Shown here: positions 52,123-64,000 of the stretch, piece by piece
Numbering within the stretch: the first letter of the stretch is position 1
Layout of the letters: each line of letters begins with the position of its first letter
Assembly (NCBI RefSeq): GCF_006345805.1
Contig: NC_043001.1
Location: forward strand, 133,610,001 to 133,674,000
DNA: 64,000 nt
Reading direction: 5' to 3'
Source: Octopus sinensis
Lineage: Eukaryota
Translations under genes and position numbers: made by a program
Notes under the pieces: generated by a model
What the model was told of the DNA's origin: nothing
The model's database searches: none
What the model saw: the letters and a program-made list of their open reading frames with translations, nothing else

Positions 52123-52677
52123 ACATGTCATATTTAAGATGTGAGTAGATGTCTATTCACAAGCCCAACAACTGACCACCCATTCCACTCCTCTCACTCG
52201 TCTCCCAACTCTTCGCTTCTACGACTACCCTTATTGTTAACCCCTCCCTCTTCTAGATCTGATACTCTTATCTCCTTTCACCCATCCCTGTTTCAACACT
52301 CCTCAAATCCCCATCGATCTATATATTATTCATATAAAAGTACAGTGTACATTTAAACACACAAGAGATGGCCTTAACAGTACATCTGACTCGCTAGACC
52401 ACTAGTAGCAAAGAATTTTTCTTAATTTTTTTGCTACCCTAAGATTTATTAATTAATGATAAAAGGTTATTTGGCTAATTTTGAAAGAAAATCGGCATTT
52501 GTATTTGTTGCCGAAAAAAACCGTGCGTGCGCGTTGGATTTTGAAAAATTATAACATATAAACACGAAGCATGTTTTTTATTGCCTCGTCTTTATATGTT
52601 AATCTTGTCTTCCTGCTGACGAGAGCTTTGCCAATTGTAAATTATTTTATTTACAAAAGATTGCTTGAAACTATGCA

Positions 52678-52960
52678 TAGGCGCAGGAGTGGAAACTGAA
52701 AGAAGCCTGTCGTATATATGTATGTATATATATATATGTGTGTGTGTTTGTGTGTCTGTCTTTGTCCCCCTAGCATTGCTTGACAACCGATGCTGGTGTG
52801 TCTACGTCCCCGCCACTTAGCGGTTCGGCAAAAGAGACTGATAGAATAAGTACTGGGCTTACAAAGAATAAGTTCCGGGGTCGATTTGATCGACTAAAGG
52901 CGGTGCTCCAGCATGGCCGCAGTCAAATGACTGAAACAAGTAAAAGAGTAAAAGAGAGAG
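52678..52960 (+). mobile_element. SINE family B with internal deletion
   Basis: GGCGCAGGAGTGG is joined directly to GGAAACTGAAAGAAGCC; 3' half intact. Confidence 0.8.
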
Positions 52961-53207
52961 AGAGACCAGGAAAAATAGGGTAAATGTTTTTATTTTTCAT
53001 TCCCTATCAAAATTACAACTATTAGTGGTTTGTAGTTTAACTATTCTTTCTAGCGAGTCAGATGTCCTGTTAAGGCCATCTCTTATGTGTTTAAATGCAC
53101 ACTGTGTTTTTATATGAATAATATATAGTCTATTGACTAATTTTTTTCTTCTCGCTAGACCACTGGTAGCAAAGAATTTTTCTAAATATTTTTGCTACCC
53201 TAAGATT

Positions 53208-53285
<78 letters not shown>

Positions 53286-53329
53286 TATATAAATGAAAGA
53301 ATGGAGTCGAACGACGATTTAACAAAATT

Positions 53330-53423
53330 CCTTCATTCTCGACATATGTTTCGAAGACTGCATATTCTTAATTCCGAAGGAATAAAGGGTGCATTATGCC
53401 GCCTTCTCATCAGGAAAGACAAG
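53330..53423 (-). ncRNA. Type I hammerhead ribozyme candidate (family H2)
   Basis: Same intact core; stem II GAAGGC/GUCUUC; GUC triplet. Confidence 0.7.
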
Positions 53424-53487
53424 GAACTTATGTCAGCATCATGACGAACAAAAACTTTTAGATGACTGCCCACACGGAGTCCATAGC

Positions 53488-53525
<38 letters not shown>

Positions 53526-53530
<5 letters not shown>

Positions 53531-55067
53531 CTGAAATATAAAAGGAACGTCGCACTGTAAAAGATTATTTGTTTCACACACGATATTGAGATTATATCGA
53601 TTTTATCACATTTCTAAGTAATTTGACATCAGGAAGATGCCACTGACCCACATCACCACTCTCTTTTGAAAACGCAAGGATTGCATGTAAGGTTCGAAGT
53701 CGCTCACTTTTCGTGAACATAGTAATGCTCACGAACGCATCTTTATGAAAAGCATGACGCACGTCCAAAACGTTGATTCATTGGGTATAAAAGGCACCCA
53801 AATTTACCAGCCAGTCATTTGTTTCCCGAACATAGCAAGCATGCCAAGACTGACACGAAATCAGAGGGAGCAAGCCATCGGACGTTTCCATGCTGGTCAA
53901 CGCCCACGGGTCATTGCTGATGGCTTGAACTGCAGTTTTCGGACAATTGAATGGCTGAGGGGACGATACAATGCCACGGATGATCGTCCACGCAGTGAAC
54001 GACCGAGGGTTAGAACGGCACGTCAAGATCGCCGCCTGCACCGACAGCATTTACAGGACCGATTGCGGAGGGCAACGGAATCAGCTAAGCAGACCATAGG
54101 GACTTACCGCAGACCCATTTGTGCAGAGACAGTTCGCTGCCGTCTGAGTTCTTCCAATATGTCTTGTCGACGTCCGGTTAGGGACCCCATCCTCACAGAT
54201 CGTCATCGACGGAAACGTCTGCAGTGGGCTCAAGAACGTCAGAACTGGCGATATCAACAGTGGAGGACTGTAGTCTTCTCTGACGATAGTCGATATTGCG
54301 TTTCTGTGGCAGATGGCAGAGTCAGGGTTTGAAAAAGAAAGGGTGAATGTCATGCTGATGGCTGTGTGGTGGAGAGAAACTCGTGGGGAGGACACAGCAT
54401 CATGATATGGGGTGCGATTGTACTCAACTAGAAAATTGGACTGATGGTCTTCCAAAACATCGGCCAAGACAGAGGTAATGGAGTAACCGCTGCTCGCTAT
54501 ATCGACCAAGCGTTGAGGCCTCACATTGTGTCATACTCTGCCCATCATCAGAATCACGTGTTCCAACACGACAACGCCCGTGCCCAAACTGCCAGATTGA
54601 CAAAAGACTTCCTCCAACAGCGCAACATCCAGACCCTACCATGGCCTGCCCTAAATCCGGACTTGAACCCCATAGAGTCCCTTTGGGATGAAATCCAAAG
54701 AAGACTAAATGACATCCGTCAAAGGCCGACAACAGCGGCACAACTCACTGCAAGTTTTTACAGAGTGTGGGCTGTTATCTCCATGGCCTTCATCAATCGA
54801 TTGGTGCATTCAATGTACAAGAGATACCTGGCGCTAATCAACGTTAACGGTGCTCATACGAGATATTGAGTTCATCTGTTTGGATCTAGGACACGTGGCA
54901 CCATGTGACGTCAAATATATTTTTGGAAATGACGTTTTTTTCATTAGGAAAAAACAGTGTCTTTATTAGCACTCTTGAGAGGAAAGAACAGTGTCTTTAT
55001 TAGCACAATGCTATGAGATGTTTCTATTTAGTATGTGTGTGGCGTTTCTTTTGTGTTTAAGTTGATA
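53526..55067 (+). mobile_element. Tc1-family DNA transposon, near full length, degenerate TIRs, in a TA tract
   Basis: Imperfect ~30-bp inverted ends (TATTTCTGAAATATAAAAGGAACG vs rc TATCAACTTAAACACAAAAGAAACG) enclose the transposase frame. Confidence 0.8.
53841..54869 (+). pseudogene. Tc1 DD34E transposase pseudogene (343 codons, 2 in-frame stops)
   Basis: MPRL..HTH region, VFSDDSR, QHDNAR, WPALNPDLNPIE with exactly 34 residues between D and E. Stops TGA at 54330-54332 and TAG at 54429-54431; both ORF-track pieces are in the same frame. Confidence 0.92.
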
Positions 55068-55714
55068 TATATATAAACTCACACATGTATGTATATATGT
55101 ATGTATGAATGTATGCATCTATGTATGTATGTATGAATGTATGTATGTATGTATGTATGTATGTATGTATGTATGTATGTATGTATGTATGTATGTATGT
55201 AGGTAGGTAGGTAGGTAGGTAGGTAAGTAGGTAGGTAGGTAGGTATGTATGTATGTATGTATGTATGTACACACACCCAGATCGTGTATGTCTAAATATA
55301 TGTATGAGAAGTGGGTGCGAAAACACGTTGCGGTTTCTCTGGGAGCCCTCAACCACAATAATTCTATTTTATTGTATAAACGAATTATGTTTGGAAATGA
55401 GTAATCGCCCTCACAGCTGCTCATCCAATGCCGAAACTTTACAATATCCGTATGTCCGCCAAGTCCTCTTTCCGCGGTAATGAACTGCTCACACCTATCT
55501 TTTGTTACTGGGTTAGTTAACCCGTTCCCATGTCTCTGAGTCATTTATTCCGTGACTTTCTTATTTTAATTTTCGCCGATTAAATGTGCGCAATATACTT
55601 CCTTTACTTTACCCAGTCAATTGACCCCTTCGGTTATCTCACCCAATCCATCCTACCCAACGCTGGATTAACAAGCTTACTTTGCAACCGCTGCACTGCA
55701 ACTGTTTTCTGATG

Positions 55715-56092
55715 GATGGAAGCACTCCGTCGGTTACGACGATGAGGGTTCCGGTTGATCCGAATCAGCGGAACAGCCTACTCGTGAAATTAACGTGTAA
55801 GTGGCTGAGCACTCCACAGACACGTGTACCCTTAACGTAGTTCTCGGGGATATTCAGCGTGACACAGAGAGTGACACGGCCGGCCCCTTGAAATACAGGT
55901 ACAACAGAAACAGGAAGTAAGAGTGAGAGAAAGTTGTGGTGAAAGAGTACAGCAGGGATCACCACTATCCCCTGCCGGAGCCTTGCGGAGCTTTAGGTGT
56001 TTTCGCTCAATAAACACTCACAACGCCCGGTCTGGGAATCGAAACCGCGAGTCCGCTGCCCTAACCACTGGGCCACTGGGCCATTGCGCCTC
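55715..56092 (-). mobile_element. SINE family A copy
   Basis: Reverse copy with TSD ACTGTTTTCTGAT. Confidence 0.9.
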
Positions 56093-56624
56093 CACTGTTT
56101 TCTGATATAGCTCCGGGATATAGGTTTTTGGTTCGTTTTATTTTAAGATCGACCTTTGAACTGCTAAATCAGTTATTATTTAAAATTGTAGTTTCACCAG
56201 TAAAACACCAACACAGGAAATTTTATAGCAGAAAACCTAAAAGACAGCCACATTTTTCAGTGTATTTATTTTCTTCCTGAAATATATATAAATTTCGTAA
56301 TCTGTAACAATTTCAAAAAGGATCAAGGGACCTTCCCGAGCCATAGGCTCATAAGCCCGGTCTGGCAGAGAATTACTCATTTTTGCCAGCTGAGTGGACT
56401 GGTGCAATGGGAAACGAAATGTTTTGTGCCGGAGTAAAACGCATCGCCCAATCTGAAACCACAATTTTACGAGTGTGAGTGTAACTCTCTCAACCACTAA
56501 GCCACGTGCCTCCGAAATCCATAACAATTATAAAGAGATAACGATCAAGTGTAACTCACTAGAGTACACTTGAGGATGTTGTAAATGCATTAACTACTAT
56601 TGAAAGAATGGAGTGAGATGTCTC

Positions 56625-56726
56625 ATATGAATGTGTAAGAGCATAAGCATTCATATGAATGAGCAAGAACATAAGCATTCATATGAATGTGCAAGAACAT
56701 AAGCATTCATATGAATGTGCAAGTAT
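56625..56726. repeat. 28-bp minisatellite, about 3.5 copies
   Basis: CATATGAATGTGCAAGAACATAAGCATT; the junction forms palindrome ATTCATATGAAT. Confidence 0.85.
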
Positions 56727-57109
56727 ATAACATTTGTGAAAGAATTTAGTATTTAATAGACACTTATATTTTGAATTGCGTACTCAAATGATTCAGAGAG
56801 TCCATTAGAATTAGAACGAGAAATTACGAGATTATGTTTGAGCAACGAAACGTAGATGCATATTGTTGAATGTAATTTCTTTTTGATCTGAATCCACACT
56901 GAAAAACTGGAATTAATTCCTCCATTTTTGTTCATAGTCATGTAAGCAGCATTTGATGAATGAGTTTTGTATTTGTGACTTATGACTAAGAATAATCTTT
57001 CCTGTGAATTTCTGACTGAAGACTGATGTTTCGTTTGTTTTTAATTTCTACAGTAATTGTTGAGCTCCATTTTTCTGGAAAAAAAAACAACATAACATTC
57101 CTTATTCAA

Positions 57110-58035
57110 ATTGGCGAAAGTAGTGCAGAAGCTGGAAATTAAAATTACTCTCTGACTTCCGATATCAGAAAAATCATGGCACAAGTTATGAAAAAGAAAT
57201 TGATTGCGTTCTTAGAAGAGAATTATTTGCTGACCAATGGCGGCTCGTAGATAAAATTAGTGGAGGTGCTGCTTCAGAAAATTTTTAGCCGTTGTTTTAA
57301 TATTGTGGAAAAGGAAACAAACATATAAAAAGAAAATTTAAACATAAACTTGATCGGTTCGCGTTTTAGCCACAGCTGGGTAGTGCGTTTAATTTGTTCA
57401 CTGAACACCGCCAAGAATTCCCCCTTGTTTTTCAAAAATCTCCCCTAAATCACAAAATAAAGCGGGGAAATCTGCCCTATTTTCCAAATCCTGACAGCAA
57501 CACTGTAGCTGGAAGCAGGATAATAATAAATTTCTACATTTTATCACATTCAAGAATATAAACACGTTTTTAAGCACAACACACGCGGAGTCAAAAAGAA
57601 ACACTACCTTTCGCCAGCACGCCATGGTCGGCACTGCGTGAACCGTAGTGCTCTCTTACCCTAGCGTAGAGCCTCCTATCTCGGACATGTGACCATGCGC
57701 ACAACAGCCAAACGCAGCTCAGAGAACGGACAAAATTTTTGCATTATTTTCATAAACTAGGGGATGGCTACTGACATTAAGCTTAAGGATTATATAATGT
57801 ACAAGTACAAAGAAAGAATTTTAAAAAATAGGACTCATTATATTGAATGGAGCTGTAGTTCTGCAGTGCCTATACACGACCCGCCACTGTTGCTGACAGA
57901 TACTCAGCCTGGTTTTCTCCCAGGAAGAAAGTGTCTTCCACAGTTTTCGTACAGCACTAAGAACGGGTACTTGAAACAGTTACAAGGCTATTTGAATATA
58001 GTATAATTTGACTTGACGAAGTCCTTCGATAGCTC
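57110..58035 (+). pseudogene. CR1-like RT remnant split by the hAT MITE
   Basis: KIM..V.KK.L..FLE.N.LL | LLTDTQPGFLPGRKC..DL.KSFD. Confidence 0.65.
57235..57889. mobile_element. hAT-type MITE with 8-bp TSD, inserted in a CR1 RT remnant
   Basis: TIR CAATGGCGGCTCG / CGACCCGCCACTG; TSD TTGCTGAC at 57227-57234 and 57890-57897. Confidence 0.85.
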
Positions 58036-58128
58036 GCCAACTGCGAAATTTAGAGTGTAGCTGCATGACGCTTTATGAGGGAGAAGTTAGGCAAGTGTTT
58101 GTTGTTGTTGCTCTTTCTACGTTGTGTA

Positions 58129-58396
58129 TGCGCACGCACACTGGCCCCCACACACATGCGTACAATCAAAAAGAACGCAGCTCAGAGAACGGACAGATTC
58201 AATGACTATTGAAAAGTTGCAAAGACGCATGGAAAATTTTAGAAAAAATGAAGAAGTAAATGAGTGGAAGCTGAATCGGTGAGTGTTAAGTAATAAGGCA
58301 CAAAAAGAGAATGACTCTCCCCGGACACAACAAAATATACTTCAACGCACGAACTCACATAAAGAATCTTGCAAACTGAATCCAAAAATGAAATAT

Positions 58397-58472
<76 letters not shown>

Positions 58473-58493
58473 TTATATATATATTATTATATA

Positions 58494-58532
<39 letters not shown>

Positions 58533-58546
58533 TTATATATATTATA

Positions 58547-58615
<69 letters not shown>

Positions 58616-59752
58616 TGTGTGTGTGTGTGTGTAATATATATATATTATATATATAGGAGTGGCTGTGTGGTAAGTAGGTTGCTTACCAACCACATGGTTC
58701 CGGGCTCATTCCCACTGCGTGACACCTTGGGCAAGTGTCTTCTATTAAGCCTAGTAAACCCTTGAGTGGATTTAGTAGATGGAAGTCCTTCGTATATGTG
58801 TATATATATATATGTGCGTGTATGTGTGTGTGTGTATACTTGTGTGTCTGTGTTTGTCCCCCCCCCTCCAACATTGCTTGACAACAGATGGTAGTGTGTT
58901 TACGTCCTCGTAACTTAGCGGGACCGATAGAATAAGTACTAGGCTTACAAAGAATAAGTCCTGGGGTCGATTTGCTCGACTAAAGGCGGTACTCCAGCAT
59001 GGCCGCAGTCAAATGACTGAAACAAGAAAAAGAGTAAAAGTGTATGGATATATATATATATATATGATTGGGATGGACGTGAAAACAAAGGTTGCAGGTT
59101 TTTCGAAATTTTCTCGCACCCTCAACCACACACTGATGCTATTTCATTGGATAAACGAATTGTATTTGGCTATACATTTCTTTATGACTCAAATGAACTG
59201 ATCGCCCTCACAGCTGCGCATACATTGTCAGGATGATACAATGTCAGTGTGTCTGTGAAGTAGTCTTCTCAACCCGTTAATAGACCACTCTCACCTAGCT
59301 TTTATTCTTATCTTAGTTGACCTATTCCCATGTTTCTGAGTGATCACTTGGCCTCATTTTTTTTTTTTTTAAATCTTCACCGATTAAACGTGCGCAATGT
59401 ACTTCCTTCACTGATTAAACGTGTGCAGTGTACTTTCCAGCCAACTGTCTCCCGTTTACTTTACCTGACCTCTCCTACCTAACTTTAGATTGCGCACGCA
59501 CACTGGCCCCCACACACATGCGTACAATCAAAAAGAACGCAGCTCAGAGAACGGACAGATTCAATGACTATTGAAAAGTTGCAAAGACGCAAGGGAAATT
59601 TTAGAAAAAATGAAGAAGTAAATGAGTGGAAACTGAATCGGAGAGTGTTAAGTAATAAGGCACAAAAAGAGAATGACTCTCCCCGGACACAACAAAATAT
59701 ACTTCAACGCACGAACTCACATAAAGAATCTTGCAAACTGAATCCAAAAATG

Positions 59753-59760
<8 letters not shown>
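58129..59760 (+). repeat. Direct ~265-bp duplicate (58129-58395 and 59491-59760)
   Basis: Near-identical copies, each ending in (TA)n. Confidence 0.85.
58654..59041 (+). mobile_element. SINE family B copy
   Basis: Head, internal microsatellite and tail are all recognisable. Confidence 0.8.
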
Positions 59761-59795
<35 letters not shown>

Positions 59796-60231
59796 TAAAC
59801 ATTATCTGAGAGAAATTTTCTTTAAGTAGTGGAAATGGCTAAAAAACTTTTTTGGCTGCTATTTCTAGAAAGTTCAGTATGTGGCAAAGTAATTTATTTT
59901 ACTAAGCCCTAATTATATAATGTAATATTTTGAATTCGCCTTAAATGGTCCTTTTACATACTGAATACTTAGTGAAATTGATTAATAACTAATTAATTTT
60001 ACCCTCAATTGTTGATATATATATATATATTCATCTATTCTTTTATTTGTTTCAGTCATTTGAATGCGGTCATGCTAGAGCAGCACCTTTAGTCGAAGAA
60101 ATCGACCCCCAGGTTTTATTCTCATATATATATATATATAAAATTAATAAATAAATAAAACATATGCATATATACATACATATATGTACGTACCTACCTC
60201 TACATGTATATATACATGCATATATGGGTAC

Positions 60232-60278
<47 letters not shown>

Positions 60279-60295
60279 CATAATATAATATAATA

Positions 60296-60348
<53 letters not shown>

Positions 60349-60362
60349 TGTGTGTGTGTATG

Positions 60363-60422
<60 letters not shown>

Positions 60423-61324
60423 TCTTCTGCTATAGCACCGGGCGCGAAAGTTTTCTCCCACGAGAGTTCCGGATCCCAGTAATAAACTCATTTGCATGCA
60501 GCCAATCAGAGTAAAGCCACATTTGTCCTTTCTTCCTTCTTGGTGTTGATACTTCGATGTTCACTGGTTACTCCGACGTTGGCACAACAATACACCTACC
60601 CAAACTGAATGGCTGGAGTTATTTTAAAAATGTTATAGAGGTTTAAACTTTGATCATTTTCAACCAGTCAGGAAAACAGGTTTTGAAACCTGTTATTTTA
60701 TGCGTGACTGCACATTTTGTCGTCAACATCCTGAAAATGCTTACATTTCTGATACTTTCCGTGAATTTTTCACGGGTCCAGCTAGTTATAATAAATAGAT
60801 CTATAATTTACTACGGATCTTTTCCTTTTGAACGGCACTTTGTAACATAATTTCTAGGTAACTAAAAAGTTTTAAACTTCGTATACTGGTAGAATGTGTT
60901 TATAGAACATCATTTTCTCTTGGCTTTATTGAGAAAATTCTATAGGTTGTAAGATATTTCGTCTTTAATTTCGAGCATTTCGGCAATTTTAACCAATCGC
61001 TGGACGTCCATTTATTTATATACATATATACTACATTTATATATTACCTTTAATAAATTAGACTTCATAAACTTCACCTTTAAAATGCCACAACGAGTCA
61101 GAGTACTTTCTCGCCATCCTCTGAAAACCTCTTTCACCAACCTCCAACAATCTCCCCCTCCTCCAGCTGACAGTTTTTTGTACATTTCCCGACAGAAAAT
61201 ACACCTTTTGTGGCAGTTATAACGAAATTGCTTTCTTATTATCAGACTAATAAAGCATTTCAATAGAACATCTTTACCCCTGGGAATTACCGGGTACACC
61301 AGCTAATGAGTGTGTGTGTGTGTG

Positions 61325-61412
<88 letters not shown>

Positions 61413-61450
61413 TGTGTGTGTGTGTATGTATATATGTGCATATATATATA

Positions 61451-61974
61451 TCTATATATAAATGGCAGTTTGTCTGTGTGTGTGTCTGTGTGTCTGTCAG
61501 GTTGTACCCTCACCCTGACCACAGCTTTCAATCGATTCTGATGAAACTTGACACACACATAGCCAAATGTCATAATTCAAAACTAACGCAGCGAAAATTT
61601 TGAAAAGTTCCTCCAGTTCTGAAAAAAATTGATAAATTCGACATGGGGTCGAGAACCTAAGCTTTTTATATGCAACACATTTTCTGTTGTAGTTTTCGCC
61701 ACTTGCAATCGATTTTCACCAAACTCATGGTGAAGCTTAATGTTACCCTAAGAAACTTAATTCTAACGTTAGTTTTCCATGCAATACCTTACCATCAGAA
61801 AAAATCGATAAAATCATGCCATTTTGGGAAATCGCGTTCAAATTCAAGATGACATATTTTCGACAATATCTTTCACAAATTGGCGGGAAATTAGAGGGAA
61901 AGGACTAGATTGGGATTAGTCGTTGCCTACTAGGGTCTCTTACATACCCGGGCAACGCTGGGCTATGCTGCTAG
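61451..61974 (+). mobile_element. Non-autonomous Helitron-like element
   Basis: TCTATATATAAATGG start; CCCGGGCAACGCTGGG hairpin followed by CTAG at 61971-61974. Confidence 0.75.
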
Positions 61975-62071
61975 TATATATATAAATATGTGTGTACATG
62001 ATGTATATATGTATGTGTGTGTATATATATGTGTGTGCGTTTGTGTGTAAAACATATATGAATAAGTAAAA

Positions 62072-62106
<35 letters not shown>

Positions 62107-62386
62107 GACGTTCACGCGTATACATATATGTCGTGTATGTTTGTGTTTCTGTTTGTCTCTACATACACACCACGTGACAACTACTGTCGGTTTGTCTAGA
62201 TTCCAGCAACTTGGCAGTCCGGCAAAAGAGAGTGATAGAATATGTAAGACTTCAAAAGAAAAATGTACTGGGTTGATCTGTTCCACTAAACCTTTCAAAA
62301 TGGTGCCCCAGTATGACAGTTGTCCAACTGGTCACCATTGCACACTAGTGTGCAATGATGTAGCAAGTCGTGTCGCAAAAATAATA

Positions 62387-62956
62387 TATTGGGTTGTCCG
62401 GAAAGTTCGTGTCCATTTTTAAAGGAACGAAAAAGGTCAATAAATACTTGCTATTACATTTTTAATCAACCAAATATGAACCATTTTGTTGCACAATGCG
62501 TCTCCATCTATCCTTTAACTTGAAAATACCCTCTTCCCAGAATTGAGGTGGTTTCATGGCAAAGAATTCATCAAAGTATTTTTTTACGTCATCCAAGGAA
62601 TTGAAATTTTTACCATTAAGACAATTCTGCAGAGACCTGAATAAGTGGAAATCCGAAGGAGCAATATCTGGTGAATATGGAGGGTGGGGTAACACATCCC
62701 AGCCAAGCTGCAGCAATTTTTGTCTGGTTCCCAAAGCATCAAGTGCCGAAAATGAACTTTCTTATCTTCCATTTTAAAGGGTTACAGAATTAACACAGGT
62801 TATAGGAACATAAACTTTCTTCCACGAAAAGATAGCTTAAACTGTGCTCTAAATGGAGGTGTAGTCAAATTCTATTTTATGGACTCAACCATGTTCTAAA
62901 ATAAGTCGAAAGGTAAGCTACTATCAATCGGCACGAACTTTCCGGACAACTCAATA
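62387..62956 (-). mobile_element. Internally deleted mariner (DD34D) element
   Basis: 27-bp TIRs TATTGGGTTGTCCGGAAAGTTCGTG; N-terminus MEDKKVHFRHLML fused to C-terminal LPHPPYSPDIAPSDFHLF. Confidence 0.92.
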
Positions 62957-63039
62957 TTTCTGAAAAAGAAAATGCGAAAATAACTGAATTTCTAGATGTA
63001 AAGTACCTTTAAGGACAAGGCCTGAAAATTTGGGGGCTA

Positions 63040-63365
63040 GATGTTGGCTAACCAATTACATCGACCTCAGTGTCCAGTTGGTACGTATTTTACTGGGCCC
63101 GAAAGGATCAAAGGCAAAGTCAACCTCGGTAAAATTTGAACCCAGACATAAGGCTGGAAGAAATACCTATTTCTTTACTACCCACAAAGGGGCTAAACAC
63201 AGAGGGGACAAACAAGGACAGACATAGGTATTAAGTCGATTACATCGACCCCAGTGCGTAACTGGTACTTAATTTATCGACCCCGAAAGAATGAAAGGCA
63301 AAGTCAACCTCGGCGGAATTTGAACTCAGAACGTAACGACAGACGAAATGCCGCTAAGCATTTGA
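63040..63365 (-). mobile_element. SINE family C copy in an older related copy
   Basis: GAAATACC direct repeat at about 63169 and 63362. Confidence 0.75.
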
Positions 63366-64000
63366 AATACCACTGAAAGAATATTGGCTGATGCGTGCTT
63401 ACAGTTTTGCCTACTCGTCCCCTTTCTAAATACATTTTAATGCGCTTTCAAATTTTGATACAAGGCCAGTAATTTCGGGGATGCAATAAGTCGATTACAT
63501 CGACCCCGGTGCTCAACTGGTACTTATTTTATCGATCTCAAAAAGATGAAAGATAGAATTTGAACTAAGAACATAAAGACGGGAAAAATGCTCAACGGCA
63601 TTTTTCCCCGAACAGTAACGATTCTGCCTGGTCGCTGCCTTAAAAACATAAAATACTGGTTTGGGATTTTGGCAAAAGGCCAGGAATTTCAGGTAAGGGG
63701 TATGTAGATTACATCAACACTAGTGCATTGTACTTACTTTATCGACCAGTACTTATTTTATTGACTATGAAAGGTTGAAAAACAAAACTGACGTCGGTGG
63801 AATTTGAACACATTACTTAAAAACGGTCAAAATGTCGCGAAGGATTTTGCTCGGAGTGCTAACGATTCTGCCAGCTCACCGCCTTCGAAATAAATAAACC
63901 ATTCAAGGCAAATAGTGAAACTTAGTTATATTAAGGATGAAATTTGAACCTATTTATTTAATCTTGCTTTAAAGACGAGATGGGGATATGTTATTACATC

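Noticed and set aside
56625-56726. 28-bp repeat resembling a zinc-finger linker (PYEC)
   Set aside because: Period is not a multiple of 3, frames contain stops, and there is no C2H2 pattern.

Overview
AT-rich, microsatellite-dense animal genomic DNA, most likely an octopod cephalopod (Octopus-like). This is inferred from the tRNA-derived SINE families and repeat landscape, not from a database match. I found no supportable host protein-coding exon. Almost all ORF-track hits are microsatellite read-throughs or transposon remnants. Contents: three abundant tRNA-headed SINE families (A, B, C); Tc1/mariner relics, including a nearly full-length DD34E Tc1 with two stops; hAT-, pogo- and Helitron-type non-autonomous elements; fragments of L1/Tx1, CR1, RTE, R4-like and Penelope-like (PLE) retroelements; and a 100-N scaffold gap. 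The standout signal is RNA-level. About 13 type I hammerhead-ribozyme motifs (CUGANGA...GAAA...NUH) from about 8 unrelated short repeat families sit mostly in or next to (TA)n/(CA)n tracts. Each family has its own self-complementary helix III. Two families occur as 360-nt tandem units with inverted partial copies, the architecture of PLE-derived retrozyme-like elements. One family carries a U3:A8 covariant core. Second, SINE family C forms head-less ~185-bp body multimers joined at a GGTATT microhomology. All ribozyme calls were folded by eye and are untested.
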